A stretch of 55,075 nucleotides of DNA, counting the filler, from Streblomastix strix (Eukaryota), in assembly GCA_008636045.1 (NCBI GenBank). It is 3 parts of 3 records of this genome, joined end to end, with 100 filler letters (N's around TTAATTAATTAA, not from the genome) between each part and the next. Parts side by side here need not be neighbours in the genome. Positions count along the whole stretch, not along the records: positions 1 to 18,312 come from SNRW01000619.1; 2 more parts are not named here. The stretch is one strand, 5' to 3'. Positions 1 through 13,992 of this stretch are shown one piece after another. The notes under the pieces were generated by a model that saw only the letters and a list, made by a program, of their open reading frames with translations, was not told the origin of the DNA and made no database searches. Each line of letters opens with the position of its first letter. Positions within the stretch are counted from its first letter, which is position 1. The position numbers were made by a program, and so were the translations under genes.

Positions 1-1419
1 ATGGGGGTTGAAGATAGGTATTTATATTTATAGATTTCATATATAATAAATTGTTATTATCTTTAATTACTATATATTAATACTCTTATTCATTCATTCA
101 TTATAGATGGTATTATGGTTCACTTGTTTGTTTTGGGATTGTTGTTGCTTTTGTTTGGTTGAGAAGGTGAGATTATTTATTTTATAATATAAAATAATAT
201 TCATTATTTATTTTAATTTAATTTAATTTATTTTCTGATGAACAATATTGAATTGCATAGAATACCAATAATTATTTTCTTCCGAATAATTGGAGGCATT
301 TTCAATATCTTAATAAGCTTATTTTCAGGTATATAACACTTATATATATTTTTTATTTTTCAATTAATATAATTACTTAATTATTTTATTACTTATATAA
401 TTCTAACATATTTAATATATACACGCTTAGGTCTCATCAACATATATCAAGATTGGCGTCATGATAAGAATGAACTTTAGCAAAGAATCAAAGAGGAAAT
501 AGAACAAATTTAAAGAGAAGAAGAATTAAGATTACAAAAAGAATAGTAATTGTAATAGTAATAATAATAATAATAATAAGAATTAGAAAAGAATTAGAAC
601 AAGAAAGGAGTTAAAATAAAGATAGATAAACAGAAGAAAGCCAAAGAAGACAAAGAAAAGAAGGAAAAAGAAGAAAAGGAGAAGAAAGAAAAGGAATAAA
701 AGATTAAAGAGAGAATAATTAGAGAATTAAAAGAGAAAGCAGAATAAGAGAAATTAGATAAATAGAAGATGAAGAAGACTGATTACGGAAAATAATAATA
801 ATAATAATAATAGCAATAATAATTATTATAATAATAATAACAAAAAGAAGAAGAAAATAAGAAAAGATTAGAGAAAAAGGAATTAGAGTAGAAAGAGTAA
901 GAAATGGAATTTGAAATATAAAGAATTGAGAATGAGATGAAAAAATAAGAAAATATTGAAAAAGATAATGAAGAAAGAATAAAAAAAGAAAACATTGAAA
1001 AATAACAAAAGTTAAAAGAAGAAAATGAAAGAAATCAGAAAAAGAAATAATAACAATAAAAGAAGATACCACCATCAAATAAGAAAGATGCTAAAACGAG
1101 TGATCAATCAAAAGATGCAAATAAAACCACTTCAAATGACACAACCAAACAATTAGAGAGTAATCGTGAATCTAAAGAGGGCGAACTTGAGATATTGAAG
1201 AAGCAGTATGCAGACATTCTGAGGATGGCAGCTGATATACAGGAGAGACTGGGGAAGATTTCTCTGGAAGAATAAGTGAAGAAGAAGGAAGAATAATAAG
1301 ATAAGAATAAGGAAGAAGACGAGATTAAGAACAATGAAGAAGAGGTTAATAAAGAAGAAATAAAGAAATTGGAAGATATAAGGAATGAAGAAGAGAATTC
1401 ACAATATAAAGAAGTATGA
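1..1419 (+). CDS. Hypothetical membrane protein with long E/K/Q-rich coiled-coil C-terminus (possibly 5'-partial)
   Basis: GT-AG introns at about 18-107, 168-260 and 329-430 join hydrophobic exons (WYYGSLVCFGIVVAFVWLRR, IPIIIFFRIIGGIFNILISLFS). The last exon is open to TGA 1417-1419 only if TAA/TAG = Gln. Confidence 0.6.
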
Positions 1420-1644
1420 TTAAGCTCAATTCCATTTCACTATATACGTCTTTTTTAGTAATTAACTTGAATAAACTAAACTACAATAAAAATAAATTAG
1501 TATACAAATATATTATTTTTACTTTTTTTATATAAAATACAAGAGTTAAAAAAAATACTAGTTATTAAAAGTTCAAATTTTTTTTATGAATAATAAAGAC
1601 AGCCACCCTAGTTAATTAACCATAATCTTTTTTCTTAATTATTA

Positions 1645-3081
1645 TCAATATTCATAATCATATTAATTTCTTTCTGGTGTGGTTGTGAATGTAGTTGGAT
1701 ATGGAACATGTGGTTGTTGTATAGCATTTGGATTTGTATCAGATTATGTAGAAGGAGTTGCATAAACAGGAGGTCCAACTGGTGCTAATGATTATTCAGG
1801 TCTGGAGTTAATTTCTACATCATTATATGATAAATCATCTCTATCACTACATGGGCAGCATGAACAGCAGGAACAGGAGCAGGTAAAGCATTGCTTACAA
1901 TAATACGTAGTATCTCGGCAACAGTTACGACACTATAATAATTTTACAAAATCATTTGAAAATTTATGAAAAAATTGATAACTAAATAAATTAAAAGCAT
2001 AATAATAATTAAATAAATTAAAAACATAATAATAATTAAATAAATTTAAAACATAATAATAGTTAAATACATCTTAATACAATTAATAAATAATAATAAA
2101 TTATCATATTCAAACTTTTTGGTTATATTTACAACACATCGATACGATTACAATAATAAAAATCAAAGCTGAACTTCCAAAAGCTATACCAAGTATTAAA
2201 CCTATAGTCGCATGCCAAGATTTAATAATAACATATCCATTATATAATATATTATCATCAATCAATACTTCAGCTGCATCGTATTTATATTCTAATGGTT
2301 TTCTTACAGCACTAATCCAATAATAATTGTCATCCTTCTTATCCCATCCAACATAAATCATATCATTAACCAACACAGCACCAAATCTAATCAATAAATT
2401 CTTTACATCTTTTGATTTCATTTCTCTAAATTGGGCTATATAGTATTTTTTAAGCATTTTTGATACTTCTTTGCCATCTGCACATTTTAGATTCTAATCA
2501 GGTAAAGCATCATTAGGAAAGCATTCTGAACTGGTGAATCCATCATAATATAATGCAGTCGATAAATAATTGATAGCATCAAATGAATCGCATGACTAAA
2601 CAATGTCTTCGTCTTGGAATTATTACTCTAAACCCTCAGCTACATTAATATAAGTGACTTTTGATGGACCACTCTTAATCATATAAGTTATTGAAGGAGC
2701 ATAATTGCTTTTTAAGTGGAGCGCTTTGTATGCAAAGCCTATTAACCCATATAATCCTAACTAGTGAATATGAGATATTACTTTACAGTTAATCTCAGAT
2801 TAATTCAATGGTTCACTGGTCTTTTCGGTTGTGATGTGTTATAAATCAAGTTTTTTCTGATAGAATTTACCTTAGGATGCACTTAAATACTTGTTGAATC
2901 TACTGTAACTACTATATTTGACTTTTTTTTCAGGTATATTAGATGTATTAGTAGCACCTTAAGCGTCAAGCGTTAGAATTCCTCCTTCATTCATTTTACC
3001 ATCGATGTAGTATAAATAGTCGCTTGTTTCTAGAGCATCAATCGAGAAAATAATGTATGAAATGATAATTAATGTCAGCAT
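1645..3081 (-). CDS. Type-I membrane protein with a degenerate papain/cathepsin B-like domain and a Cys-rich cytosolic tail
   Basis: Signal peptide MLTLIIISYIIFSIDA. Segment GFTSSECFP..KCADG..DVKNLLIRFGAV..IYVGWDKKDDNYYWI resembles a cathepsin B C-terminal half. TM helix IGLILGIAFGSSALIFIIVIVSM. Intron 1933-2115, then CRNCC..CSCSCCSCCPC and a Pro-rich tail to TGA 1645-1647. Confidence 0.6.
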
Positions 3082-3639
3082 TTTGATGTTGATCTAAATA
3101 AAAGTACATTTATTAACAAAAATAAATTTATAAAGAAAGAAAGCGGAATTGTGCTCGAATAAAAAATATAATATTTATAATTGATTTAAAAAACTATAAA
3201 TAACAAATATTTTAGTGAAAATAAAGATCTTAATCACAAAATTGATGAACGGGAACTTAGATATATACTCTGGAAATTTTGATTTATTTATTAAAGAATT
3301 AGCTTTTAATTTTATATCTAATTATATCATTTCAACACAAATAAATGTTTAATATATTTTGCATGTATTATTTGTTTTAATCCAAATTTTTGAGGGGAAA
3401 TAATTCGAAAAGGCAATTTTGATTTTTCTGAAAAATGGATTAAATAAATAGTTAATTTTGTGAAAATTTTATTAAATCATAAAATTTTAGTTCTAATTCA
3501 ATCCAAATTAGTAAAATACAAGTTTACAATACTCCAATTTTTATTTTTATTTATTTTTTTTTGAAAAATTGCATATAACTCACTGTTTAAAATTGTTTGA
3601 AGATATTATTATTAAAAAGCTAATAACAACATTAAATAA

Positions 3640-4144
3640 TAGCTATTTCAAATATACAAATCCCCAGAAGCTTGAAACAAAAGCGACCAGTGGAAATTAT
3701 CTAAAAATGTATGTTGCGCTCGACACAAACCATAATTTAATCTCAACAATACATTTATTAAACATATTTAATAGTTTATTTTTATTTTTATATAAATTAG
3801 TCATATTTATGGGAATTAAAGATCCATCAAAAAATTATAGCGATAATATTCCTACAGAAATTGAACTACCATTATTATCTGTTGAAGTAAAACCCAGTAT
3901 ATACACACTTGAAATCATCAAGGTATAAATATATTTTATTACATAATCTTATGATTATTTTTTTTCTATATTATTGAAAGTAAATTTTAAGGATAAAGAT
4001 GAGTATGAAAATATTTCAGATGATGATGATGATAATGATGATGAAGTCGATGATGGAGATGAAGAAGAAGATGGAAAAGAAGATGAAGAAGAAGATGATG
4101 ATGAAGAAGATGATGAAGAAGATGAAGAAGAAGATGTATACTGA
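3640..4144 (+). CDS. Small hypothetical protein with an acidic (D/E) C-terminal tract; start uncertain
   Basis: Exon ...MGIKDPSKNYSDNIPTEIELP...EIIK, intron about 3923-3991, then a poly-D/E exon ending DVY-TGA at 4142-4144. Confidence 0.35.
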
Positions 4145-4357
4145 AAGGTGAAATGTTCATTTCAAATCTCATTAAAATATACAGCTAAATATAAATAAAT
4201 ATATTTCTATACTGAAAATTTTAATCAAGTTTTTGTTATTATACTAATAATTTTCGTTGCTGTTGAATGATAAAAGTCATAGAAAATAAAATATAAACAT
4301 ATTCCTTTTTTCTTCTTATATACATTTGTAATTTTATTTATTTTAGTGAATTTCATT

Positions 4358-7342
4358 ATGAATTTCGAAGAATTACTTCGAAGAGCTGGATATATTGTAT
4401 GATATTCTTTTATTGGTTCATACTCGTTAATATTTTTTTCATTTGAATTTTGCTTTTTTTTCCTTTGTAGCCGATTGACGTCCTTGGTATCCACATAATT
4501 TTTAAATAGTTATAACATTATTACATTCAATTTTTATAGGCCAAGGATCCTAGGGAACGTTTGTTGATTTATTTTCTTAATTTATTCTAATTGTTTTTTT
4601 ACCTATTTTTTTAGTGTATTCAAAATTTATCGTCATGATTAAAGACAGATTTTAGCTGCAAAAATTATATCTTTAAATGATCACAATTAGTAAGAGTGGA
4701 AAAGCTCAAGAAGACTACTAATGTATACATTTTTTCATTTATTTGTTTATTTTATAATTTTTATGTAAATAATTATATAAGAAATGGTCATAACATTTTT
4801 ATTTTGAATTGCATTCAGTATTATTTTTCTCGAAATTATTCGATTCTGATTTCATAATATGCAAATATGAAAGTATTTATTCTAATTTTTAACATGACTT
4901 AATTTATATTATTATAACAGACATTGGATATTATTGCGAAACAACCACAGATTCCTCTTCCTTCATACACACTTCGAGCATTGATGAAATAAATTCGTAT
5001 GAAATTAATTTTAGTTTCTTTTTCTTATACCTTTTACAGTAGAAGGAATTCATATAATTCACTCTGAAGGATTTATCCATAGGTTTTCACAACAAATTTT
5101 AATATCATTCTTTTTTATATCACTTAATAATATCTAAATTACAATTTCTACTAACAATTATCATACAATTATTCAGAGATATTAAATGCGATAATATTTT
5201 GATTCACTGTCCACAAGGTACTGGTCGTGTTTATGTGAAGATTTCAGATTTTGGTTTTACAAAGAAAGAAGACTTAAATAACGAACAGTTATATTATCGA
5301 GGGTTTGATTATATTTATTTTTCTTTATATATTACTTTTTAATAAATTTATTTAGGACAATTTGTTATATGGTATGAAAAATAACTATCTTTAGCGATAA
5401 ATTAAAATATGTTGAAAAAATAGATTTTTTTATTGTTATTTTCATTATGATATACTTTAGGCTCCAGAATATTTTAAGAAACCAAGAATAATAACAAAGA
5501 AAACAGATATTTATTCAGTTGGTATTACATTCTATAATATTATTACATGCTCATTTCCTGTGAATGAAAATGGAATTGAAGAATAAAAACAGTATGATAA
5601 ATTTTATATTTATATAGATTTATTTTTTATTATTATTTTGTAAATATAGGAAGCTGGCCCAATTGAAATGCATTGAAAAACCTTCAGAAATAACAGATAA
5701 TCAACTTTGGGGTCTTCTTTCTTAGATGTTTGAATTTGATCCTGATAAAAGAATATCAGCGGAATAAGCTCTTCAACATCCATTCTTTACAAGTCCTGAA
5801 GCTATAGCTGACATTTCACCAGAATAACATGAACTTGCTTAAAAAGCTATTGTTGAATAATAGATGGGCAATAAAAGCATAACAATATTTGATACAAACC
5901 CATCATACATTGTTTCAGAAACTGTGATAAAATAATTTTTGAATAATTACATTCATCTAAATAAAAGTTAAAACCATCATTTTGATAGTTCTCAAAATGG
6001 ATCACAATTATCATAATTACCAGATAAATAGAATGAAGAAGATATGCAAAATGATTTCAAAATTAATTCTCAGTTTGATAAAGAAAAAGAAATTAACTAA
6101 ATAATTGATAAACAATAAGTTGTACAAACTCATGATATTCCTTAACAAACTGATAATTAGACAGATGACAAAACACAGTAAGATCGATAACTATCATCTT
6201 CATCTTAATCAACACATATATCATATTATAATTAATAGATATATTCTAATTCTTCATATTGCCCATCTCCTTTATTAATATCAAACACAACTATTCAACA
6301 ATAATTATAAATTGAAAAATAATTCCTTGAATTAACGATGACTTCAGAGGAAATTAAGGAAAATCTGAAGGATTTCAAGATTTAATCATTATTAAAACGT
6401 GATATAATATGCATTAATCTATAAAAATATCTTTTATAAGATAAACAATCATTAGATATTGCACTTGAAAATGATGGAATTATTGATATATTAGCTGATA
6501 TTCTTAATAATTAACTTAAATTATCAGATATATATCCTTAATATTACTCTTTTTTATCAAATCTTTTAGTTAATAGCACAGAACAACAGATAAAGAAAAT
6601 GATATAAAAAAGAGCTTTTGAATGGATTAAAAATATGGTTGAAAGTAAAGATGAATCATTCCTATTAAATGTAAAAGATTTCTTCAGATAAATGTTATAT
6701 TTATAAAATGATTTGAGAGGAACAAGAAATTTTGATTTATTATTGGAGGAGTTAAAGATAAATAGAACAATATCAAAACTTATTGATATAATGCATTCTG
6801 GAATGAAATCATAAAATAATCTTAATAGTTATAGTGCAGTTATGATTATTGGAATTTTGCACAAATCATCTCCAATCAAGGATGGAAAAGATATTATAAA
6901 ATATCTCAAATAATTGTCATTAAACGGCAATAGTGTAATATCTGCAAATTCTCTTCTTGCTATTATTTGTTCTTCGCAAAACTAGGAAAACCATGAACAG
7001 ATATTGAATGATAATTATTTAGAAAGTCTCAACATATTATTGAAAAGTGAATAAGAAAAAGAAATGTATGTGCGAATCCTTCTTCTTTTTATAAACTTGC
7101 TCGATTGGGGAACTAGAGATACAAAATAATTCTTATAAAAAGGAATTGAATTAAATCGCATTAAAGAACTTTCCCTTCATAAAAATTAAGATATTTCAAA
7201 TAATTCTATTGAACTTTTAAAATTAATTGATGGGAACTATTTGAACAATGATTTAACAGATGGTTAAAATAAAGAGGAAGAAAAAGATGATGAAAAGAAA
7301 GAATAGGTGATGAAAGAGGGAAAAGAAGATAAAGTTAAATGA
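4358..7342 (+). CDS. Ser/Thr protein kinase (CAMK/NEK-like expanded family) with an ARM-like helical C-terminus; many introns
   Basis: Spliced motifs LGQGSQGTVF, LAAKII, HRDIKCDNIL, KISDFG, GTICYMAPE, DIYSVG and DPDKRISAEQALQHPFF. The long last exon ends at TGA 7340-7342. Confidence 0.85.
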
Positions 7343-7870
7343 AGTTCAAATTAGCACTATTTGTTTTTTTAATTTCATTAATTATTTTATATTTTTGTAT
7401 ATTGCATCTTAATTATATAATATTTTATTATATTGTAAATTCATTGATATTTATAATTTGATGAATAATAAAAAATATCAAAATTAAGTTTATCAGTTGT
7501 TTCATTAGATAATTTTCAACATTTTACTTACACTTAAATGAATCTATAATATAATATATATTTTTAATCCTTATTAGAATGAATTGGCAGAGTTTTTGTA
7601 TATTTAAAAGATTAATCTGTTTCTTGTAAATTTTTGTATTAGTTACCTTTATTTAAATAATTTATTATTAGTTCTAATTTATGTATCAATTTAAAATTTA
7701 TTTTAATAACATTTTAATTGCAAATAACTAATTTTTTCATATATAATTTTCTTCTGAAAAACTTGATGTATCTCACTAGTCATAATATTTTTATACAATT
7801 CTCATTTCATATTTCAAATTAAATAATATTTTTATTTAAATTACAATAATTTTATGAAATAATTACAGTT

Positions 7871-10800
7871 ATGCTATAAGAAAATTCAGTGTGAATAATT
7901 TAGACTCATTATCATTGTTTCATTTTGTTCTTTTATTATTTTTTATTATTATATGTAGATTATTTGATAGAATGTTGAAATAAATAGAAGATAATACTGC
8001 TACATTTAAGCATTACTTGTTGTAGAACATACAAAGCCTGTACGAATCGGTTAGTATAGTTTTTTAATTTCTGTAGTTTTTGAATTATTAAAAATCAACC
8101 CATTTAAACATAGATAAGTCAACCTTCACTTCTATTTGTTGATGCGGAACTTGTTGGAGCTCTTGAGATTGTAGCAAATATAGATCCAAAACGAGTATCA
8201 CAAAATTTTTTGATAATGATTTTTATTATTAATGATTTATATTATCACTCAGTAACTTAAATGGATTTCTCTAACAAGCTCTGTATTCCCTCCATCATTC
8301 ACGAACTGTATGTTTATAGTAAGACCGACTCCTAAGAATGCATCAACAATCGCTCGATTCGCAGGGCGTAGCAATTCATCCACAATATACTTTGTTCCAC
8401 ATGCATCTGATCACATCACAAGAATGCTATATTCAGTACCTAGTCTAGACCCACTTATATACTCATTAGATTGGTCATATACACTACTTGATCTTGATTT
8501 GATAAGTTTCAGTCTTCCGCATTGTCTTAGAGCTTCGTTGATGGAAGGTTAAATTACTTTCTCATCTTTCATAGCAAAAGGACTATATGATATATTCAGA
8601 CATTCATCAATACCTTAGAGATTTGTTGTAAAGGGGGACATTAGTGAAGTTTGTTATATTAATTCACTTTATTTATTTATTTATTATTAATATGCTTAAT
8701 TTTTCTATTTAAAAGGCTGTTTTCGAATAATTGAATGATTACTTCAATTCACCAGATACAATAACATCTCTCACTTCAATATCTGCTCTTCAATCTCATT
8801 AATTTCCACCTCTTCCATTCACTTTTGATACTGTGTTTATATTTGATAGAACAGCTGATCTTATTTCTCCATTATTGACACCACACACCTACATGGGAAG
8901 AATTCTTGAATTGCTGAATGTGAATGAGGGTATGAAATAATATGAATATGTACAACTATTTTATATATCTTTATATTGATATTATCTTTATTATTAGATC
9001 TTCTTCTTACATACACGCCAAAGATATTAATTAAGCCCATACAATAACCTGGGCAGACTAAATAATCCATTCCAGTGGCACAACCTCTTCTACATCCACT
9101 TCTCAGATGCAGTGATCATTTCATACATGAAGCTGGAGACTATTTTATGAGCACAGCCATTGATTGGATTGTTTAACGTGTTCGCGAATTGACTGCTGCA
9201 ACACACGAGACAAACAGATAGAAGCTTAACACAGAAGAACTTAAGACATATGCGAAATAACTCGGAAAAAGACTCATTCTGCAGAAACTTGCAGCTGATG
9301 TTCACTCAGTTGCAATTGAGACCATTCGTGGACCTGGTGGGTCACTTCCTTTTGCTGATAGAGTGCATCTTGAATTGGGTATTCTCTTAGGGTAGGAATA
9401 AACATCCATCCCTTCAATATATAATCCATAGTCAACATTAGTTAATCTTTTGAGTGGAAAAAGTAGAATAGGAAAAGGTGAAGTCAGGAGGGATATAATG
9501 TAATACATAGAAGAAGCTATGTTCTATTCTCTGAGAAGAACACCTTCATTAATCGCTGGAGGATATCCTCCTTCTCCATTTGGCAGTGGAGCATGCAATG
9601 TAAGTGGAGCTTCATTTCTACAACCAAGAATGAAGAGCTATGAGGTCAATTAAATATAACCAGCATTATTCACTCCTCAATCAACATATATTCCATCTCA
9701 TGCATCTATTATTAGATTACTTCTATTACACACTGCTTCGTCTGGTGGTCTATCTGAGAATGAGTTTAATATAGTACGTATTCAACTCCTTAAACATATT
9801 GGATATGGATTTATTAGAGATTTGATCCAACTTGAATAAAAAGGTTTATTTCGAGCTGGATAGTATTCAACTGAGACATCACCATATGTCTGCACATCAC
9901 CCTGGATATCAAAGACATAACCTCTTCTTCCTCATCCAAATGAAACCTAACTTTCATCTGCAGGATCAGCAACCATCATTTCACTCCAATAGTCACTCAC
10001 TTCATATGAGAAGGAATATGCTCTGAATTGTGGACCTGGTTATTTCTAGGGATTATAAAGATAAAGGGATTCATTCAGGATATTGACTTCTGTGCTGTAA
10101 CTTATATCTGGTGGGAATATAGATAAATCTCCTTATCCTTCAATATTTAAAGATCCTAAAGATGAAAAGAAGATCAAAGATAGTAAAGATAACACAACAT
10201 CTAATAATAATAATAATAAAGAAGATGAAGATGATGATTATTCATCAATATTTGTATAATATGCTCCAATACTCACTAGATTGGTATAATTTGCATTTGC
10301 TCCATATGGATGGAGGTTGATTGAAAAACCTTTGATGTAATATGTTCCTGGGAAGACAATCATTTGGATTCGTGAATAATAAACAGACTCAAATAATTCT
10401 AATCTTATAAATCCTTTAATAACAAATATTAGAAATGATGAGGATATTTTAGATGATGAAAAGAGATTATATTAGAAAGTATTCAATATTTCATCTGATA
10501 ATACAGATAATCCAATTAGCAATGAATTAAAAGGATAATTCCAAGCTCCATAATAAATAGAATCAGAAGAAGTTGTCAATGGTATTACAGACTATGATAT
10601 ACATCATTAATGTTAGGATGACTCTAATATCTGGATAACTGAGAGTGGAAATGAGATTATTGATGATGGAGATGGATTTATTATTAAATTGAATGAAGGT
10701 GGGATGATTGAGAATTCTGATAATGCTGGAAATGATGAATAAAAGAAAGATTAGAATGATTAAAAATCAATGCGAGAGAAACTTATGGGAAAAAAGACAA

Positions 10801-11216
10801 TTATAGTAAAAGCACCTGAAGCATTAAATCTTGCATAGCTTCAAGAATAAGAAAGAGCAAAAAGAAAGAAAATTGAATTAAAAAGATCTTTCTTCAAACA
10901 AATACCACTTTCTGATTTTGATCCAATTGATCCAAATCCGCCAATCTCTATTTCTTCATAATTAAGCAGTTAAAATAAAATTGAATAACCAACATAACTA
11001 AACACACAACCAAATTCAGAAACACCAGCAATTGATGAACAACTCACACAATAACCAGTCCAATCTATACTTATAGTTGTGATTGGTGGTCTGACATTAC
11101 CTGAGATAGCATGTTTCAGACATTTGGGAAGAAAGATTGGTCGTAACTTTGTATTTGCATCCACTTCATTTGAGAGCGGCACTTCGATGATTGAAAGGTT
11201 GCTTGGTTGGAAATGA
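7871..11216 (+). CDS. VPS33: Vps33 (Sec1/Munc18 family, HOPS/CORVET subunit)
   Basis: MFIVRP..IYFVP..LLDLDLISFSLP..LMEG, FIFDRTADLISPLLT, and C-terminal IVVIGGLTLPEIACFRHLG..FVFASTSFESGTSMIE. These match Vps33-type SM-protein motifs. The 5' end has short introns. Confidence 0.85.
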
Positions 11217-11419
11217 AAAAACGGATGTTGGAATAGTACAAACATAGTGAAATCATTTCATTTTTTTACTTATTTATTATTGGCCATAAAGTTAATTAGT
11301 TTGTGAATTGATATACTCATGAATGTTTGCTGTCAATAAATAAACTCTTTTAAATTAAATCAGCTCATGTTCGTTTTTAAATTTCTTTCTTTCAAACTTC
11401 AATATCTTCTTCATTATCT

Positions 11420-13992
11420 TCATTTACTCTCAACTTTTGGAGCGTCTTTCTTTGGTGGATGTGGACGATTAGGTCGTGGATGACCGCCTTTAGGAGGTTC
11501 ACCTTAGCTAAACTATGGTACTTCCTTCTTCTTTGGTTCATTCACAAACAGGGATAGTATATTCTTCCTTATTGTGAATTCTCCTTTCTTCTAATCTGAG
11601 AATCTCTCATTTGGTATTCCTGCTATAGCTTCTTTTCCTTCTTCTCTATCTTTGGCTGCAAGTTCATCGGCAACAAGGAGGGTTTGAAGTCTTGAAATAA
11701 TAATAATAATATATATAATATAATAATTATGAATTTTCTTTTAAATGTTATTAATAATGCAAACCTCTTATATTCTCCTTCAATATATTTAAGCCCTTTC
11801 TTTTCAACAGCATCAATGTATCTAAGATATTAAGTCTTCGCATAATTTCCTTTCACAAACTTATTTACAGCATCAATGGCATCAGCTTTTGCTTCTGCAG
11901 GAGTCTTTGGAGGTGGAGGAGGGACTTCTTCAACTTTTTCCACAGGAATTTCATCCAATGGATTTATATCAGGTTCAGCATATTTAAACTCTCCACCAAT
12001 TCTTCTATCTAATTCAGCTTTTTCTTCTTTGGTCAGTTCAATTTTTATAAGATCATCTTTCTTCTTCTTATCTTCTTCTTCTTTCTTTTTCTTTTCTTCT
12101 TCTTCTAATTTAATTCTTTCTTCTTCTTCTTTCTTCTTTTTCTCTTCTTCCAATTTAATTCTTAATTCTTCTTCTTTCTTCTTTTTCTCTTCTTCCAATC
12201 TAATTCTTTCTTCTTCTTCTTTCTTTTTCTTTTCTTCTTCCAATCTAATTCTTTCTTCTTCTTCTTTCTTCTTCTTTTCTTCTTCTTCTTTCTTCTTTTT
12301 CTCTTCTTCTTCTTTCTTCTTTTTCTCTTCTTCTAATCTAATTCTTTCTTCTTCCTCTTTCTTCTTTTTCTCGGCTTCAATTCTTTTTCTTTCTTCTTCT
12401 TATTTCTTCTTTTTCTCAGCTTCGACTCTTTTTCGTTCTTCTTCTGCTTTTCGTTTTCTTTCTTTCTCTTTTTCTTCCTCTTCTTTTCTTTTTCTATCTT
12501 CTTCTTCTTTAATTCTCTTCTCTTCTTCTTATCTTTTCAATTCTTCCTCTTCCTTCTTCTTCTTTTCTTCTTCTTTCTTTCTAATTTCTTCTTCTTTTTT
12601 CTTTCTTTCTTCTTCCTCTTCTTTCTTTTTTTCATCCTCTTTTTTCTCTTCAGCTTATTCATCAATTTTAATTTCAACTTTTTCATTTGGTTCTTTGAAT
12701 TAAAATCCTTCATTTTCTTTGTTATCAAATTTAATATCATCAAATTTAACTTCCTCTTTTATCTCTTCTTCTTTTTTTTCTTCAACTTTTACTTTTTCTT
12801 CTTATTCATCTTCTTCACCTTATTCAAATTTGCCTTCTTCAATGACTTTGGATCCTAATTATTCGACTCTCAATGCACGAGCATATTCATAGATTGGGAA
12901 TTTAACTTCATCAACAATACCTAAATAATGATTAATGAATATAATATAATAATGAATTAAATATAATATAATAATGAATATAATATAATATAATAATGAA
13001 TTAAATATAATATAATATAATAATGAATTAAATATATATCATCTATTCTACATACCAGCCCATTCATCAACGCCTCCATCAACTCCTCTGAATGTGCCAA
13101 CACGTTTATTGATCCAACGAATAATACCAGCAGCCTCACGAATTCCTTAAGCATCCTCAACTAGTTATGCACCTTTGTAAATAGGTACTTTCACACCTTC
13201 TAATTCTTTTATTTCTGATTCTTCAGTCTTTGGCTTATTCTTTTCAGCTTCTGCTTCATCTGCAATTCTTTTCTTTGCTTTCTCTTCATCACCAGGTTCA
13301 GCAGCTGGGAAGAACTTGATTGTTGGATAACTTTCAACTTTGAAATTCTTTATGAAATCAGCGTAAGCCTCAGCATCAATTTAAGCAAGGACCACATTGT
13401 CTTCGGGTGGGAATGCTGTTGATGCACTAGCTAATTGGGGTTTAAGTGCTTGGCAATGCCCACACCACGGTGCTGTGAATGCTACAAGGACATTCTTCTT
13501 TAGATCATAAACAATCTCATCAAAGTTTGCTGGTGTCAGTATTTGCACGTTGCTTGGCTTCTTCTTGTAATATACGCCTATGTGCTACGCAGCAAACTCG
13601 CTTAAACTTTCTATAGAACGATCGCCTGGGTAATCATCAACTGTTTTCCCTTCATCCTTGTAGAATTTTAGTGTTGGGTAGCCATTAACTTACTAGTCCT
13701 AACAAACTTTGTTATTTTCCTTGCAATCTACCTCTGCAATTGTCAGTTTATCAGCATGCTTCTTGAAATCTTTTGCAAGCTGAGCAAAGGTCGGCGCGAG
13801 TTTGACACAGTGCGGGCAAGTTGGAGAAAAGAATTTCACAAATGTGCTCTTAGTCTTGATAGCATCATTAAATGTTTTCTCGGTCAGTACGACCACATCT
13901 GATTCTTGAGCAAAAATTGGTCCTATCACAGCCAACACAGCTACGAATAAGTGAAGGAACACCATATTGGGACCTGTATACATAAATAACAT
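11420..13992 (-). CDS. Protein disulfide isomerase, a-a'-D type (ERp38/ERp29c D domain), with a large charged insertion
   Basis: Signal peptide (start 13992 or 13965) and thioredoxin domains FFSPTCPHC and FTAPWCGHC. ERp29c-like motifs YLRYIDAVEKKGLKYIEGEYKRLQTLL and KKGEFTIRKNILSLF. Introns 12921-13055 and 11691-11764; stop TGA 11420-11422. Confidence 0.9.
12060..12660 (-). repeat. Coding tandem repeat (EEEKKKKEEEERIRL)n inside the PDI gene
   Basis: About 45-nt units of TTC/CTT-rich sequence on the + strand; the peptide is visible in ORF 11830..12243. Confidence 0.85.

Noticed and set aside
719..1334. Hydrophobic F/S/I-rich ORFs on the - strand in the ORF track
   Set aside because: Antisense shadows of the E/K/Q-rich + strand gene.
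1985..2070. Three ~27-bp tandem repeats
   Set aside because: Ordinary AT-rich intronic minisatellite; a similar one lies in the PDI intron at about 12950-13035.
4225..4494. 89-aa - strand ORF
   Set aside because: It overlaps the first kinase exons and introns on the + strand.
11876..12703. 275-aa S/F-rich + strand ORF
   Set aside because: Antisense of the PDI E/K repeat.
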